Below the pieces are notes generated by a model that was not told where the DNA came from, made no database searches, and saw only the letters and a program-made list of their open reading frames with translations. A stretch of 64,000 nt of DNA from Chiloscyllium plagiosum (Eukaryota): contig NC_057751.1 of assembly GCF_004010195.1 (NCBI RefSeq), positions 19,621,994 to 19,685,993 of the forward strand, given 5' to 3'. The position numbers and the translations under genes are program-made. Position 1 is the first letter of the stretch. The number at the start of each line of letters is the position of its first letter. Shown piece after piece: positions 1-14,100 of the stretch.

Positions 1-629
1 GTCATGGTTGGATAACAAAGTGTGAAAACTGCAATGTGCGAATATCGAGGAAGCTACGCTTTTTGGGGTGGGAGAAGATCACACTTCATTCCCTGAGTAG
101 TAAGTTCTGTAATGAAAGGTCAAAGTGGCTGGCTGGAATATTTTATTATTTATCATTTCCTGGATATCAGCAGGCCAGCATTTGTTACGCATCCCTCATA
201 GTGCTCAAACTGAATATGTCACTGGGCCATTTCAAAGGGACAATTAAGAGATCCTCACTGTGAGTCTGAAGTCACATGGAGGCTAGATTAGGAAAGGATG
301 ATAGATTTCCTTAACTAAAGGACATAAATGAACCAGATGGGTTTTTATGATAATAAACAGTGGTTTCATGAACACCATCACTGATCACCCTAACACCAAA
401 TTTATTAACAGAAGTTAAATTTCACCAGCTGCTGTCTGAGATGCCAAGTGCATTGCTGAGTGAGAGATCACACAGGCAGAAAGCTCCTATGTTTGATCTC
501 TGGTCCGGCATCTAGTTGATCTCGTATGGCATGATGGTAAGAGTGCTAAAACTGACCTCCGTACTCTAGGCTTTGGAAAGTTAATGCCAGCCAGGGTTTC
601 TGCTTCTGGCTGCGCTCTAATGGAATATT

Positions 630-852
630 GAAAACTGTGGCTGTGGACACAAGGAGAGGAAGCTGGGTCAGAAGATCCAGTTTCAAGTCCCATCCGCCTC
701 TGAGGCATGTCATAACATGTCTACGCATATTTGATTAAATATATTGGGGTCTTATGGTGCAGCTGTGGTGTCCCTACCTCTGGGTTCCAGATTCAAGCTT
801 CACCTGCTCCGGAGGTGTGTTGTATCATGTCCAAGCAAATTGATTAAAAATA
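630..852 (+). mobile_element. Tandem pair of ~105-bp tRNA-like SINE units
   Basis: Two units, each ending ttgattaaa(t/a)at; homologous to 60560-60871 on the minus strand. Confidence 0.55.
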
Positions 853-1240
853 ATTAAAATAAAAGGAAGATAGGATCCAGTTGTCATTGCCCCTCTGTTG
901 AGCTGGCTGCTGACATACACAATCTACAGATACAAACGATAAGTGTCTTGTTAGATGTCAGACGCCTCTTGGGTCTTAAAGATCCATGCTTTGGAATAGA
1001 GAGGGGAAAGTGTGTTTGCATAATTTATGGATAAAGTGATTCTAGGACCAACTGATGCTCTTTCTAAAATTGTCAGTTTGTCTTTTTAATAACTGCATGA
1101 AGTGTTGTATTTTGAAATTTTCAAAATGTTTATTGTATGTTTTGAAAAAATCTTATTTGTAACCGTTTTTTTGATTTTTTTTAATAGCTGTTAAGTGTGG
1201 GACATTGGTATAACAGTGGAATCTATGTCTCATCCTGCAG

Positions 1241-1376
1241 ATTTGCTGACTTTGTTGAAGGAAAGTCTCATCTCAATCCCAACGAAATTTCTGTTCATGA
1301 ACAAGAATATGGATTAGGTGGATTATTTTTAGAGGATGAAATCTACGACAATGGTTTCGATGATGACGAATCTTGA
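1241..1376 (+). CDS. NEMP1: Last coding exon of nuclear envelope integral membrane protein 1 (TMEM194A); upstream exons lie outside the window
   Basis: Acceptor catcctgcag|A at 1240/1241. Frame from 1242 reads [44 protein letters not shown], matching the recalled NEMP1 C-terminus ([27 protein letters not shown]) better than NEMP2. Stop TGA 1374-1376. Confidence 0.9.
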
Positions 1377-2534
1377 GACTGGGCCTAGATAGTACATGTT
1401 CCCCAATCGGAGTGAGATCTGTGTATCAAAACCAAGCTCGCTTCCATACTGGAGGAGGCTGCTTGTGCTGCTTCATGCTTGACTTGTCATTTGAAATACT
1501 GAAATGATCAAAAAGACAAAAAATTGTAAATTTACATTCAGCAATTCATTTAATTCAATGGAATGTTTCCAAACTGGACTGGATTAGAAGGACTGGAACT
1601 GATGTGCTATGTGCAGCAAGTTTGGATTAAGCTTGCAAAAATACTCTCAAAGGTTTGGTGTAGTATCCCTGAATTTGGTCCCTTCTCAGGTGTTTCTATT
1701 TTTAATGACTTTACTGACAGTTCTTGACTTTTAAGAATGTCACTGATGCACTGCTTGGAGTTCAAGGAAACCAACAGACATAAATACACTGTGGAAACAA
1801 TAGTTGCTTTGATCTATAGGGGTGGGAAATGAAAACCACAAGTAGCAGTTTTGAATTCTTTTAACTGAGAGAAATCTTTCAAAAGCCTAATTGAATTTTC
1901 AAAATTTTTTAATTTTTTTCTTATCTAAATTGAGCTTCCATAAAATACATTTTACTTTGAAACTCTGACAGCACCACTCTTTTTCTGTTTATTGCTTATC
2001 AGTGGAAAGGTTAGATACAGACTATACAAGTTTCATCAGTTGAATAACTGCGTGTACAGTGGAGGCAGATTTTGGCAGCTCAATTGTTACTATTTGATTT
2101 TTTTTAAGTGAACTATTTGCTATTGTTTTAATGTCAGTTTCTTACTGTGTGCTTTATACAAAATGTGAACCTTTAACTGAGAATATAAAGATTAACTGTA
2201 ACGATATATTCAACCAGATTATATCAACTCTGATGTCACCAAGTTGCCAAGACTTTGATGTTTGTAATTTATACATTTGCAAACACCTTTCAGAGCTCCT
2301 TTTTCAAAACATGAAGCAGTACAGTATAAGGAATTGTGACAAGTTTTTCTTGTAGCAGTTGTCATTTTTAAACTATTTGATCACATGTTGGGAGTCTTGT
2401 GCTGGACATTTTCCTTTCCCTGATGCTGCATGGGGGTTAGATTTAATATTTTAAAAAAGTGAACTATCTTTAGCTGGATGACAATATCTTCTGTCCTTAA
2501 AGTAGCTTCAAAGCAAATCAGGTCCAGTAACATA

Positions 2535-4845
2535 TTTTTTAAAAATTCTTTCACTGGATATGTTCTATCGTGGGATGTAGCACCACTGGCAAGGTTAGGA
2601 TTTGTTGTCCTTGAAGATAATGGTGAGCTGCTGTCTTGAACCATCTGCTGCAGGAGTACATAACCTTGGGCATTCCTTCCCACAATAGTGAAGAAAGAGC
2701 GATACAGTTGCAAGTGAGGATGGTGTGTGATGTGGAGAAAACCTGCTGTTGGTTTTTCTGCGTGTCATCAGCCCTTTGTCCTTCAAGGTGGTGGAGGTCA
2801 CCTGTTTGGAAGGTCCAGTCAAAGGAATCTTGGTGAGTTGGTGTAGTGTATTTTGAGGATAGTACGTTGTGTCACTTCTGTCTTTTAATGTTCCAGACAA
2901 TGAATGTTTAAGGTGGTGGATAAGGTGTTGATCAACTGTCTGTTTTGTCCTGCATGGCCTCAAAGAGGAATATTTAAATTTGAGATGGAGGGCTGCTTTG
3001 TCTTCAGTTGTTGGATGTGGGTCTACCTCCACCAAATGGACAGTTCACGAAAGCAGCTCATCATTATCTTGAAGGTAGCTCGGGATGGGAAATAAATGCT
3101 GACCCACCCATCAAAGCCACCACATCTCATGAAAGTCAAACTTCTGGTTGAGGCCATGCTCATCCAGGCAAATATTATATTTCTTCACACTACTGACTTG
3201 TGCCTTGTAGACAATGGGCAGGTTTTGGGAGCCAGGAGATGAGTTACTTGAAGAATTCCCAGTCTCTTATCTGTTCTTGTTACCACAATAGCTAATGGTT
3301 GGTAAAGTTTCTCATAATTGGTAACATCCATAATTTGATAGTGGGGGGATTTGGTGACGGCAGTGGTTGGATTCTGTTTTGTTGGAGAGCATTGTTCATT
3401 GTTCAGCACTTGTGGTCTAAGTGTCACTTCCCATTTATCGATCTAAGCCTAAATGTTTTCCTGGTCTTGCTGCACATTCGCATAGACTGCTTTAGATATA
3501 GAGTCATAGAGATGTACAGCACGAAACAGACCCTTCGGTCCAACTCATTCATGCCAACCAGATATCCTAAATTAATCTCGTCCCATTTTCCAGCACTTCA
3601 CCAGATCCCTTTAAATCCTTCCTATTCATGAACCATCCAGATGCTTTCTAAATTGTAATAGCCTCCACCACTTCCTCTGGCAGTTCATTCCATACATGCA
3701 CCACCCTCTACGTGAAAAAGTTGACCGTTGGGTCCCTTTTTAAATCTTTCCCTTCTCACCTTAAACCTATGCCTTCTAGTTTTTGACTCCCCTGCCCTGG
3801 GAAAAAGACTTGACTATTCACCCTATCCATGCCCCTCATGATTTTATAAATCTCTAGGGCATTACCTTGAGGAACTCCTGCAGAAATATCCTGGGACTGA
3901 GATAATTGACCTCCAACAAGTACAATGGCCTTCCTTTGTGACTCCAACCAGAGGGGTGTTTTTCCATACATTCCCATTAACTTCAGTTTTGGCAGGGCTC
4001 CTTAAAACCACACTCTCATCAATGAATTACTAGATCTGTCCCATTCAGCACAGTGAAACAGCCACAATATGAAGAAGGGTGTTCTTACTGTGAGGATCGA
4101 ACTAACTTTCACACGGATTAAACTACATTTACTGATATGCAGACAGGTGCATCTGTGACAGGTAAATTGGTGGGGTGAGGACTAATGGGTTGTTCCCTTC
4201 ATCTGCTACAGGCCGAATGTAGCAGATGTATTTTTCAGAACCCTGCCATGTCAGTTGTGATGCTGTTGAGCCACTCTTGGTGATGGACGTTGAAGTTGCA
4301 ACTCTTGTGCCCTTGCCAGCCTTGGTGTTTTCTCCAAATGTTCCACATTGAGAAGTATTGATTCATCAGCTGAGGGAGGGTAGTAGGTGGTATTTAAGAA
4401 ACTTGCCAATGTTTGAACGTAGGCCATGAGATTTTATTGGATCTGGAGTCAATGTTGAGGGCTTCACAGCCATTTCCCTCCGACTGCTTGTCACTGTCTT
4501 GTTGCCTCAATTGGGTCTGTCCTGCCAGTTGGACAGATGTACTCATGGGTTGTTGTCTGGAAGGTATGATTTGGTGTGTATGACTATGTCAGCCCTTTGG
4601 TTGACTGGTTTGTGGGACAGCTCTCTCAATTTTAGCAGAAGTCCCAATGTGCTAGTAAGTAGGACTTTATAGGGTCAATAAGTGTACCTAAGTCATTGCT
4701 AAGTGGTCTGCCAGTTTCATTCCTTTTCGACTGTTCTGTGGCAGTTTGATTCAACTGAGTGCTTTGCTCAAACATTTCAGATGGCAATTAAGAGTTGACC
4801 ACATTCCTTTGGGTCTGGAGTCATGCACAGACCAAACTGAGTGAT
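2535..4845 (-). mobile_element. Degraded copy of the same LINE family (3' tail, RT and APE remnants, 5' body)
   Basis: ISAGVPQG motif ~3865-3890. Reverse complement matches 34700-35330 and the shared 3' tail. A short + strand tail piece lies at ~3040-3135. Confidence 0.65.
3497..3857 (-). mobile_element. CR1 3' fragment nested in an older LINE
   Basis: EIYKIMRGMDRVNSQVFFP plus CR1 3'UTR; same family as 9835 and 62670. Confidence 0.85.
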
Positions 4846-5889
4846 TACAAATCTTTAAATTTCTTAGTCTGTTGTACAACAGCATTATCAGCTCCCTGTG
4901 AACAATGGGAAAGATGTAGGAATAACTGAAAGCAAAAGTAAAATGAACTATCATTCCGGTGATGACATATGCTTTAAATTTGTAATTCAAAACAAGGTTA
5001 CTCTTTTCAAATAGTTGACACATTTCCCCTTGTTTTATGGAATTGATTGCAATTATTGATGAACTATTTTCTGCATACAATATTCAAGGCACTCTATACT
5101 TCTGTTTCAGTTGAAAAAAGACTGAGGGAAAACTATTATGCTAAGCTCCCCTGTTCTCCAAATGTTACTAGAAGAGATTCTGTTGCCTCTTTTTTTCCCA
5201 TTGTGAGGCACCTTTAAAGAAGAAAGTGGAAATAAAGACAGCTGCCTGCCAGAATTCTGCAAGCCACAAAGTTTACAATTTTAAGAATGGCCAGAATTAA
5301 CTAAGAAATATTAAAAATACCTATTAATTGAATTTTGATGCTATGAACTATATCCAGATTGCGGCCAACTGAATAAATTGAACTGCACGGTCAACCTGGA
5401 AGCACATAAACAAAATGGAAATGTTGCAATATCATGGTTTACATTAAGTATCCTGCTCCTGATCTGGAAGTGAAATTGTGACACTGATGAGGTACTGCTG
5501 GTTACCTAGATATAGTGTGATGGAGTGTGAGCTACCACCAGATTCACCAATGCAGCATATTTCGATACACTTTTTTTCCTCTGCTAGCTTCCATCACCTG
5601 GAAAAAAAGGGACGTTTTCCAGTTTTGCCCAGTGATATAATGCTGCTGCCGAGCGTGTGTTGTAGATTAACATTCTTATGGATAACTAAGAAAAACCATG
5701 TCAGCCAGCATGGTACAGTGTTTAATATTTGGAGGAGGAGCAGAAGAAACATTTACTGTTGCAACTGTTTTCTATTAGGTCTGTGGAGCTGCAAGGTTGA
5801 AAGCTGAGATCTGGGATTGTTGATGTGTATGTCATGATGGCTTAAATTACATTATTAAAATTCAAATGTAAAAGTAACAGGCAACTCTG

Positions 5890-6023
5890 CAGTTCTGAAA
5901 AAGCCGCACACTAGACTTGAAATGTTAACTGCTTCTTTCTGGATGCTGCCAGACCTGCTGACATTTCTCCAGCATTACATTTGTCTCAAGATTTCCAGGA
6001 CCTGCAGGATTTTGCTTTTTATT
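5890..6023 (+). mobile_element. Old Penelope-like fragment (related copies ~50290-50385, 54698-54762, ~49190-49278)
   Basis: ctgaaaaag...cttgaaatgttaac core remnant plus the gatgctgccagacctgctga...ccagca body shared with the other copies. Confidence 0.5.
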
Positions 6024-6140
6024 AATGGGCAATATCTGCCTGGTTATTGCATGATGAATATTAGCCATTAATGCTGTCGAATACTTTCAGTTTTGGAGAA
6101 AATGCACTGGGATATTTTATTTTATTGATGTTTGAACTGT

Positions 6141-6146
6141 AATAAA
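6141..6146 (+). terminator. Candidate poly(A) signal for a long NEMP1 3'UTR
   Basis: AATAAA overlapping a TGTA element (ctgtAATAAAc), followed by U-rich sequence in a repeat-poor stretch. Other AATAAA sites (5232, 5372) are alternatives. Confidence 0.3.
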
Positions 6147-7259
6147 CAGTGCAGAAAATATCATTGTTTTATTTATATATTCATTTGTGAGAAGTGTTTA
6201 ATGAATGGGAAGAGGAGATTTTTTTTCCCCTTCTATAAAAGACGCTTTTGTACATAATACTCAGGCTCAAATGATCTGCAAAGGGTAAACAGGTAGGTAG
6301 ATTGCTGTCTGCGTTCTGGTGATCAGGTAGCACCTGTCTTTTTGTGTGCTATCTTCCTTGAATGCCATGATCGACATTGAGAATTCTGAACTATTGGTAC
6401 TTTCGTGATGCACAAAACATTGCTTTGCTCCAGGTTTGGTGACAGTTATAATCTGAAGTACTAAGGTAGGACAGCAGAAAAGTGAAAGTTTATTGCCTTA
6501 GTTTGCTAAATTTTCAATCCCAACCATATTCACAAGGATTTAAAGTTGTTATGCGCTGGAGCCAAGGATCCAGTGTGGATTTTAGATTAATGATTGGGTG
6601 GGGATAGGGATGGGGGGTTTGGGGTGAAAGTAAGCCATCAAATAGGTCTGTGTACAATACAAAACTATGCATAGGATTTCAACAGCAATGGAGATATAAT
6701 ATTAGAATGAAGGAAAATATTAGAATACAGTTAGCACCCAAGATTGTTTTGCAATTCAGCGTTGAGACAAATGAGCCAGGATCCATCTGTCTTAGCTGCT
6801 TATTCCTTTATTGCTGGTGGAGAAAGGTGATTTCTGTTTCTGCCCCTAAATGGCCTCACTATAATGTTAACATTATTCCCTTTTAAATTCCCCCACCAGA
6901 GGAAATGACTTATCTGTACCGAATTGATTTAACCTTTTTATAATTTAATACGTTGGTTAATCATCCCCAAGTGTTCTAAATACAGTTGACTATGTGAGGC
7001 AAAGTTAAAGTTTTTTTTTCTGAGGAGTTAGTTTTTGTAATCAACTTCCTCAAGATAGAGTAGTGAAGGCAGGGTCATTGAATATACTCAAGGCTTAACT
7101 AGATTTCTTTAAGCTACAGGGGTTGTAGAGAACTAGTCTCAATCAAATTAATTTAACTTTTTATTGAATAGTAGACCAGATGCAAAGGTCTGACTAGTAT
7201 TCCTACCTGCTCCTATTTCTTTCGTTATGTTCTAAAGCTGCAGGTAACCTTGCCTCATT

Positions 7260-7730
7260 CAATTCACGGTAACGCTGGTACTGCGCTTGCGTTGGGATGT
7301 ATGACGGCACGTCCGGCTTGCACCGGAAGTGGAACTAGAGTCCCTCCTATGTCGCTGCCGCCGTTCTCAGAAACTGGTTGAAAAGGGTGGTTTTGTTTGG
7401 AGTGGAAACGTTGAAAGTGCCACTTTACCGCAGTCGGCGACAGTTTAGCTCGACTGCATCGGGCTACCGCTACTTTTTTTTCCTTAATGCTGTGAGTGGA
7501 ACGGCCGCTTGAAACTGAGGTGAGAACGGTTCCCGTGACATTCGGAAAATCAAACCCCCTAACTGAATCCAAACAGAAAGGGGGAGGGAGGCTCGCGCAT
7601 CATTCTAAACTGACAGGAGGAGCAGCCAGTCACAGCGGGACATTTAGCTCACGTCTAGACCTGCGGCCAATCAGAAACTGGGAGGTGGGTGCTGTTTTTC
7701 AAGGGGCGTTTCCCTTTCACCCGTCGTTAG
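7260..7730 (+). promoter_or_regulatory. DNAJC14: CpG-rich promoter and probable non-coding exon 1 of DNAJC14
   Basis: Local CpG enrichment in CpG-depleted DNA, ETS/GABP motif CCGGAAGT 7323-7330, candidate donor GCT|GTGAGT at 7492 and an NF-Y box GGCCAATCAG ~7665-7674. It is the only such island between NEMP1 and DNAJC14 exon 2. Confidence 0.65.
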
Positions 7731-9499
7731 GCTGTAAATATCCTAATTGCCAAAGGACTAGCATTTGTTTATAGCGTGTTTTTAGAAGCTTAGAGTATAC
7801 ATCTCCTGACGTTAGATCAGAGAAAATATAAATCGTTTTGATTTTGCCGAAAGGTTAGTGTAAGTTCTTCTCAACCGCAAATAAATATTAAATAAGGTCA
7901 GTTTCTGTTATCCTAAAATGGATTGGGGTCTTATTAGTATGTCGTTTAAATAAATTTTCACTGGAATTTTCACACTTGATGATCAGTTTGTTTCAAGTCG
8001 GTTAAATTGATCTAGTGAATGCGACTGTTTCAATTAATAATTTGACCAAAAATTTTGAGCCAAATGTAAAGAAAACAGAATCGGAAAATGGGGTGAACTG
8101 GTTGTCATGAGCGAAAATTACAACTCCATCATTGGTGAAGCAAACTAGATGAGCTGAATGGCTTATTTCTGCTCCTGTGTCTCATAGTTCTATTGAAGAC
8201 TACCATAAATGCCATGTCCTGCCACTGTTTTGCATGTGAAAGTATTAAAAATGTGCAAGTTCACTGAAGACTGGCCTATAAGCAAATTGTATTGTTAAAA
8301 CTACTTGTAACACTGCATAAAATTTACTTGTTTCTGCCCCATGTTCCAAATTGCATTAGTTTCTTCTTTAAAACCTGATAACAAAACAACCACCCAAAGC
8401 TTGTTACATAAATATGTACATTTACATTTTAGTATTATCTCTTAATGGCAACAATGAAAAGTAGACTGTTCACACACTGGGTATTTTCAGCCTTATGTAT
8501 TTTCAACCTGCCTCAGGCAATATTCATTGGTCAAATTATTGCCATCTCTACTTATGTATACATTGTTCTCCACTTTACAATCATTTAAATGCTGACCAAC
8601 TTTCAAAGATTAGTATGAGAAGGTGAATTGTTTAAGCAGAGTTTTAAAAGAGAGGTGAAGGTAAGTTGGAGGGAGGGGTGCAAAAATAAAAGCCAGAATT
8701 GAAGTTTGAGAGCCCCCTCTATTCGGTCAGCTAATAGTAAATGCTAGGCTAATTTGAAAGCTACATTGTATTTTTGACTCTTATTGACAGCCACACCTCA
8801 ACAACCTGGGAGGGTTAGTGATCGCTCCTGTTAAAATTATTTTTCTACTTGTGAATGATACAGATTTATATTGAAATCTTTACCAGACCAATTGGATTCA
8901 GTAGTACTGCAAAGACATTTTATTAAAACAAAACTTGGTTTGCAATTGGTTTTGAAAACTAAAATTTAGCCATTATACTTTGGTATGTTTGACTGTGAAC
9001 GCACCCATGTTTTAGTTTAATGCTTCCAAAATGTAACAGCAAATTGTGTAGCAATACTGTCAGGTTATGGTGAGGTTTTGGGAGGGAAGAGTGTCAAACA
9101 AATTGTCATGTAGGTCTTGTACAGGTGATCACATGGGGAGTCCTATGCTCCTGAGCACCTTTTTTTACTAAAAATTCTCATTTATGGTCTTGAGCCCGCT
9201 TCTCATCTGTATTAATGAAACAGCATTAAGTCCCACTATTAAATATGGAATCAAAAGTTATGGAGAAAATGCAGGAAAGTGGAGTTGAGGATTATCACAT
9301 CAACCATGGCAGACCAGACTCTATGGGCCGAATGGCCTACTTCTGCTCTCATCTTATGGCCTTGTGATGGGAATACTATATAATGGGAAGAGAATTATGG
9401 TAGTTTTGGAAGATTTTATATTTGTGATTGGGTTTTGGTGGAAACGTAAGCTGTAATCACAGGGAAGCAATGGCCTAGTGGTATTGTCACTAGATTATT

Positions 9500-9635
9500 A
9501 TTGGATGTAAATTTGTTCTGAGCTGGAAGGTTCATTTTCAGACGTTTTGTCACCATACAAGTTAACATCATCAGTGAGCCTCCGGTGAAGCACTGGTGTT
9601 AGTGACCTGCTTTCTATTTGTGTTTAGGTTTCCTA
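9500..9635 (-). mobile_element. Penelope-like fragment, third hammerhead family, core mutated
   Basis: Minus strand tcaCTGATGAtgttaacttgtatggtgacAAAAcgtctga (G12->A). Downstream sequence matches 54038-54085. Confidence 0.6.
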
Positions 9636-9673
9636 TGGTGTTAATCCAGCAACTCAGATAATGTTCTGGGGAC

Positions 9674-9822
9674 ATGGAGTTTAATTTAGATAAATGCAAG
9701 GTGCTGCATTTAGGGAAAGCAAATTTTAGCAGGACATATTCACTTAATGGTAAGGTCCTGGGGAGTGTTGCTGAACAAAGAGACCTTGGAGTACAGGTTC
9801 ATAGATCCTTGAAAGTAGAGTA
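9674..9822 (+). mobile_element. CR1 internal fragment
   Basis: Reverse complement of ~10498-10647 (MEFNLDKCKVLHLGKAN...). Confidence 0.8.
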
Positions 9823-9834
9823 GAATCTTGCCAA

Positions 9835-10675
9835 TAGTCATAGAGATGTACAACACAGAAACAGACCTTTTGGTCCAATTTGTCCATGCCGACCAGATAT
9901 CCCACACTAATCCCATTTGCCAGCACCCGGCCCATATCCCTCCAAACCCTTCCTATTCATACATCCATCCAGGTGCCTTTTTAAATGTTGCAATTGTATC
10001 AGCCTCCACCACTTTCTCTGGCAACCATTCCATACGTGCACCACCCTCGGCGTGAAAATGTTGCCCCTTAGGTCTCTCTTTTTAATATCTTTCCTCTCTC
10101 CCCCCTCAACCTCTGTCCTCTAGTTCTGGACTCCCCCCACCCCAGGAAAAAGACCTTGCCTATTTACCCTATTCATGCCCTTTATGATTTTATAAACCTC
10201 TATAAGGTCACCCCTCAGCCTCTCTCGCTCCAGGGAAAACAGCCTCAGCCTATTCAACCTCTCCCTATAGCTCAAATCCTCCAACCATGGTAACATCCTT
10301 GTAAATCTTTTCTGAACCCTTTCAAGTTTCACAACGTCTTTCCTTTCAATAGGAAGGAGACCAGAATTGCATGCAATATTCCAAAAGTGGCCTAACTAAC
10401 ATCCTGTACAGCCACAACGTGACCTCCCAACTCCTATACTCAATACTCTCGCTAATAAAATTTACCAAATGCCGCCTTCACTATCCAATCTACCTGCGAC
10501 TCTACTTTCAGGGAGCTCTGAACCTACACTCCAAGGTCTCTTTGTTGAGCAACGCTCCCTAGGACCTTACCACTAAGTGTATAAATCCTGCTAAGATTTG
10601 CTTTCCCAAATGCAATATCTCTCATTTATCTAAATTAAACTCCATCTGCTACTCCTCAGCCCATTAGCCCATCTC
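9835..10675 (-). mobile_element. CR1 LINE 3' fragment
   Basis: ORF KLERVQKRFTRMLPWLEDLSYRERL..RGDLIEVYKII and the typical 3'UTR. Confidence 0.9.
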
Positions 10676-11199
10676 GGATTTGAATTCAATAAAAATCTGG
10701 AGTTACAAGTCTAATGATAACCATGAAACTATTGTTGATAGTCAGGAAAAACCCATCTGCTTACTCATTCAGACTCCTGACCACAGCAATGTGGTTGACT
10801 CTGAACTGCCCTCTGGGCAGTTGGCCAGCAATGCCCACATCCTGTGAAGGAGTAAAGAAAATCAAAACTGCACAACTTCCTGATTGTGCCCAAAGTAACA
10901 CTTGATATCCAGTGTCAAGTAAATTAATTCCTTGGGTGAAGAGAGATAATTGACAATTGGTTTGAAGTGATAAATTGGCCCTCAGTGCACAGGTACAGTT
11001 CAGTCTTTATTGTTACGCATTCCATATACTTTTTGATGTTTCCTCATAGATTCTCATGTCTACATTTATGTTAAAACTGCAAACTTGGCATGGTAATTAT
11101 ATCTCCCCACCAGAAGTGGGGGTTACAGTCCCTCCACTGCAAAGGGGTGTACTCTCAGCTCAAATTTGCATCATCAGTATTCACTGTATAGGTAATCAT

Positions 11200-14100
11200 T
11201 AGAGTCATAGAGATGTACAGCATGGAAACAGACCCTTCGGTCCAACTCGTCCATGTCGACCAGATATTCCACCCCAATCTAGTCCCACCTGCCAGCACTC
11301 GGCCCATATCCCTCCAAACTTTTTCTAATCATATACTCAATACTCTGACCAATAAAGGAAAGCATACCAAACACCGTCTTCACTATCTTACCTACCTGTG
11401 AATCTACTTTCAAGGAGCTATGAACCTGCACTCCAAGGTCTCTTTGTTCAGCAACACTCCCCAGGACCTTACCATTACGTGTATAAGTCCTGCTAAGATT
11501 TGCTTTCCCAAAATGTAGCACCTCGCATTTATCTGAATTAAACTCCATCTGCCACTTCTCAGCCCATTGGCCCATCTGATCAAGATCCTGTTGTAATCTG
11601 AGGTAACCTTCTTCGCTGTCCACTACAACTCCAGTTTTGGTGTCATCTGCAAACTTAGTAACTATACCTCCTATGTTCATGACTAAATCATTTATATAAA
11701 TGACGAAATATCGTGGACCCAGCACCAATCCTTGTGGCACTCCACTGGTCACAGGCCTCCAGTCTGAAAAACAACCCTCCACCACTACCCTCTGTCTACT
11801 ACCTTTGAGCCAGTTCTGTATCAAAATGGCTAGTTCTCCCCGTATTCCATGAAATCTAACCTTGCTAACCATGGGGAACCTTGTTGAACGTTTTGCTGAA
11901 GTCCATATAGATGACATCTAACGCTCTGCCCTCATCACTCCTTTGTTACTTCTCCAAAAAACTCAATCAAGTTTGTGAGACATGATTTCCCACACACAAA
12001 GCCATGTTGACTATCCCTAATCAGTCCTTCCAAATACATGTACATCCTGTCCCTCAGGATTCCCTCCAACAACCTCCCCATCACCAATGTCAATCTCACC
12101 GGTCTGTAGTTCCCTGGCTTGTCCTTAACATTTTCTTAAATAGTGGCGGCACATTAGCCAACCTCCAGTCTTCCAGCACCTCATCTGTGACTATCAATGA
12201 TACAAATATTTCAGCAAGGGGCCTGGCAATCACTTCCCTAGCTTCCCACAGAGTTCTAGGGTACACGTGATCAGGTCCTGGGGATTTCTCCACTTTTGTG
12301 TGTTTCAAGACATCCAGCACTTCCTCTGTAATATGGGCATTTTTCAAGATGTCACCATCTATTTCCCTACATTCTGTATCTTTCATGTCCTGCTCCACAG
12401 TAAACACTGATGCAAAATACTAGTTTAGTATCTCCTGCAGCTGGGGACCCTATTCTCTCCCTAGTTACCCGTTTGTCCTTAATGTATTTGTAAAATTCCT
12501 TTGGATTCTCCTTAACCCTATTTGCCAGAGCTACCTCGTGTCCCCTTTTTGCCCTCCTCAATTCCCTCTTAAGTATATTCTTCTAAGATACTCTTCTCAA
12601 GTATACACTTGATCTATCCTGTCTATGCCTGACATATGCTTCCTTCCTTTTCTTAACCAAACCCTCCATTTCTCTAGTCATCCAACATTCCCTACACCTA
12701 CCAGCTTTTCCTTTCACCCTAACTGGAATATACTGTCTCTGGCCTCTTGTTATCTCATTTCTGATGGCTTTCCATTTTCCAGCCATCCCTTTACCTGTGA
12801 ACATCTGCCTCCAATCAGCTTTTGAGAGTTCTTGCCTGATACCGTCAAAATTGGCCTTTCTCCAATTTGGAACTTCAACTTTTAGATCTGGTCTATCCTT
12901 TTCCATCGCTATTTAAAAACTAATAGAGTTATGGTCACTGGCCCCAAAGTGCTTCCCAACTGACACCTCCGTCACCTGCCCTGCCTTCTTTCCCAAGAGT
13001 AGGTCATGTTTTGCACCTTCTCTAGTAGGTACATCCACATACTGGATCAGAACATTTTCTTGTACACACTGAGTAAATTCCTCACCATCTAAACCCTTAA
13101 CACTGTGGCAGTCCCAGTCTTTGTTTGGAAAGTTAAAATTCCCTACTGTTACCACCCTATTATTCTTACAGACAACTGAGGTCTCCTAACAAATTTGTTT
13201 CTCAATTTCCCACTGACTATTAGGGGGTCCATAATACAATCCCAGTAAGGTGGTCATCCCTTTTCTTCTTTTGCAGTTTCCCCCAAATAACTTCCCTGCT
13301 TGTATTTTTGGGAATATCCTCCCTCAGTGCAGCTGTAATGCTATCCCTTATCAAAAACGCCACTCCCCCTCACTTGCCTCCCTTTCTACCCTTCCTGTAG
13401 CGTTTTGTATCCTGGAACATTAAGCTGCCAGTCCTGTGCATCCCTGAGCCACGTTTCTGTAATTGCTTTGCTATCCCAGTTCCATGTTCCTAACCATGCC
13501 CTGAGTTCATCTGCCTTCCCTGTTAGGCCTCTTGCATTGAAATAAATGCAGTTTAATTTATCAAGTCCTACCTTGTTCTCTGCTTTGTTCCTGCCTGTCA
13601 TGACTGTCTGACTCACTTCTTTTTCTCAACAGTACTAATCTCAGATTGATCTCTTTCCCCTCAATCTCCCTGGGTTCCCACCCCCCACCTTACTAGTTTA
13701 AATCCTCCTAAGTCGCTCTCAGAAATCTCCCTGCCAGTATGTTAGTCCCCTTCCAATTCTGGTGCAATCTGTCCTCCTTGTACAATCAATTCTACCCCAG
13801 AAGAGCTTCCAATGATCTAAAAATGTGAATCCTTCTCCCGTACACCCACTCCTCATCCATGCATTCATCTACTCTATCCTCCTATTCCCACCCTCACTAA
13901 CGCGGAGCACCGGGAGTACTCCAGATATTACTACTCTCGAGGACCTCCTTTTAAAATTCCTGCCTAACTCTCTATATTCTTCCTTCAGACTCTCATCTTG
14001 TTCCCTTCCAGTGTCGTTGGTTCCAGTGTGTACAATGGCCTCCTACTGGGCCCTCTCCCCCTTGAGAATATTCTGCACCCTCTGAGATATTCTTGATCCT

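Noticed and set aside
7264-7774. 102-aa (-) and 92-aa (+) ORFs at the CpG island
   Set aside because: Chance ORFs in GC-richer promoter DNA; no recognisable homology or splice support.
11279-11917. 212-aa RT ORF and 206-aa ORF at 18698 as domesticated genes
   Set aside because: Flanked by frameshifts and stops; ordinary decayed LINE fragments.
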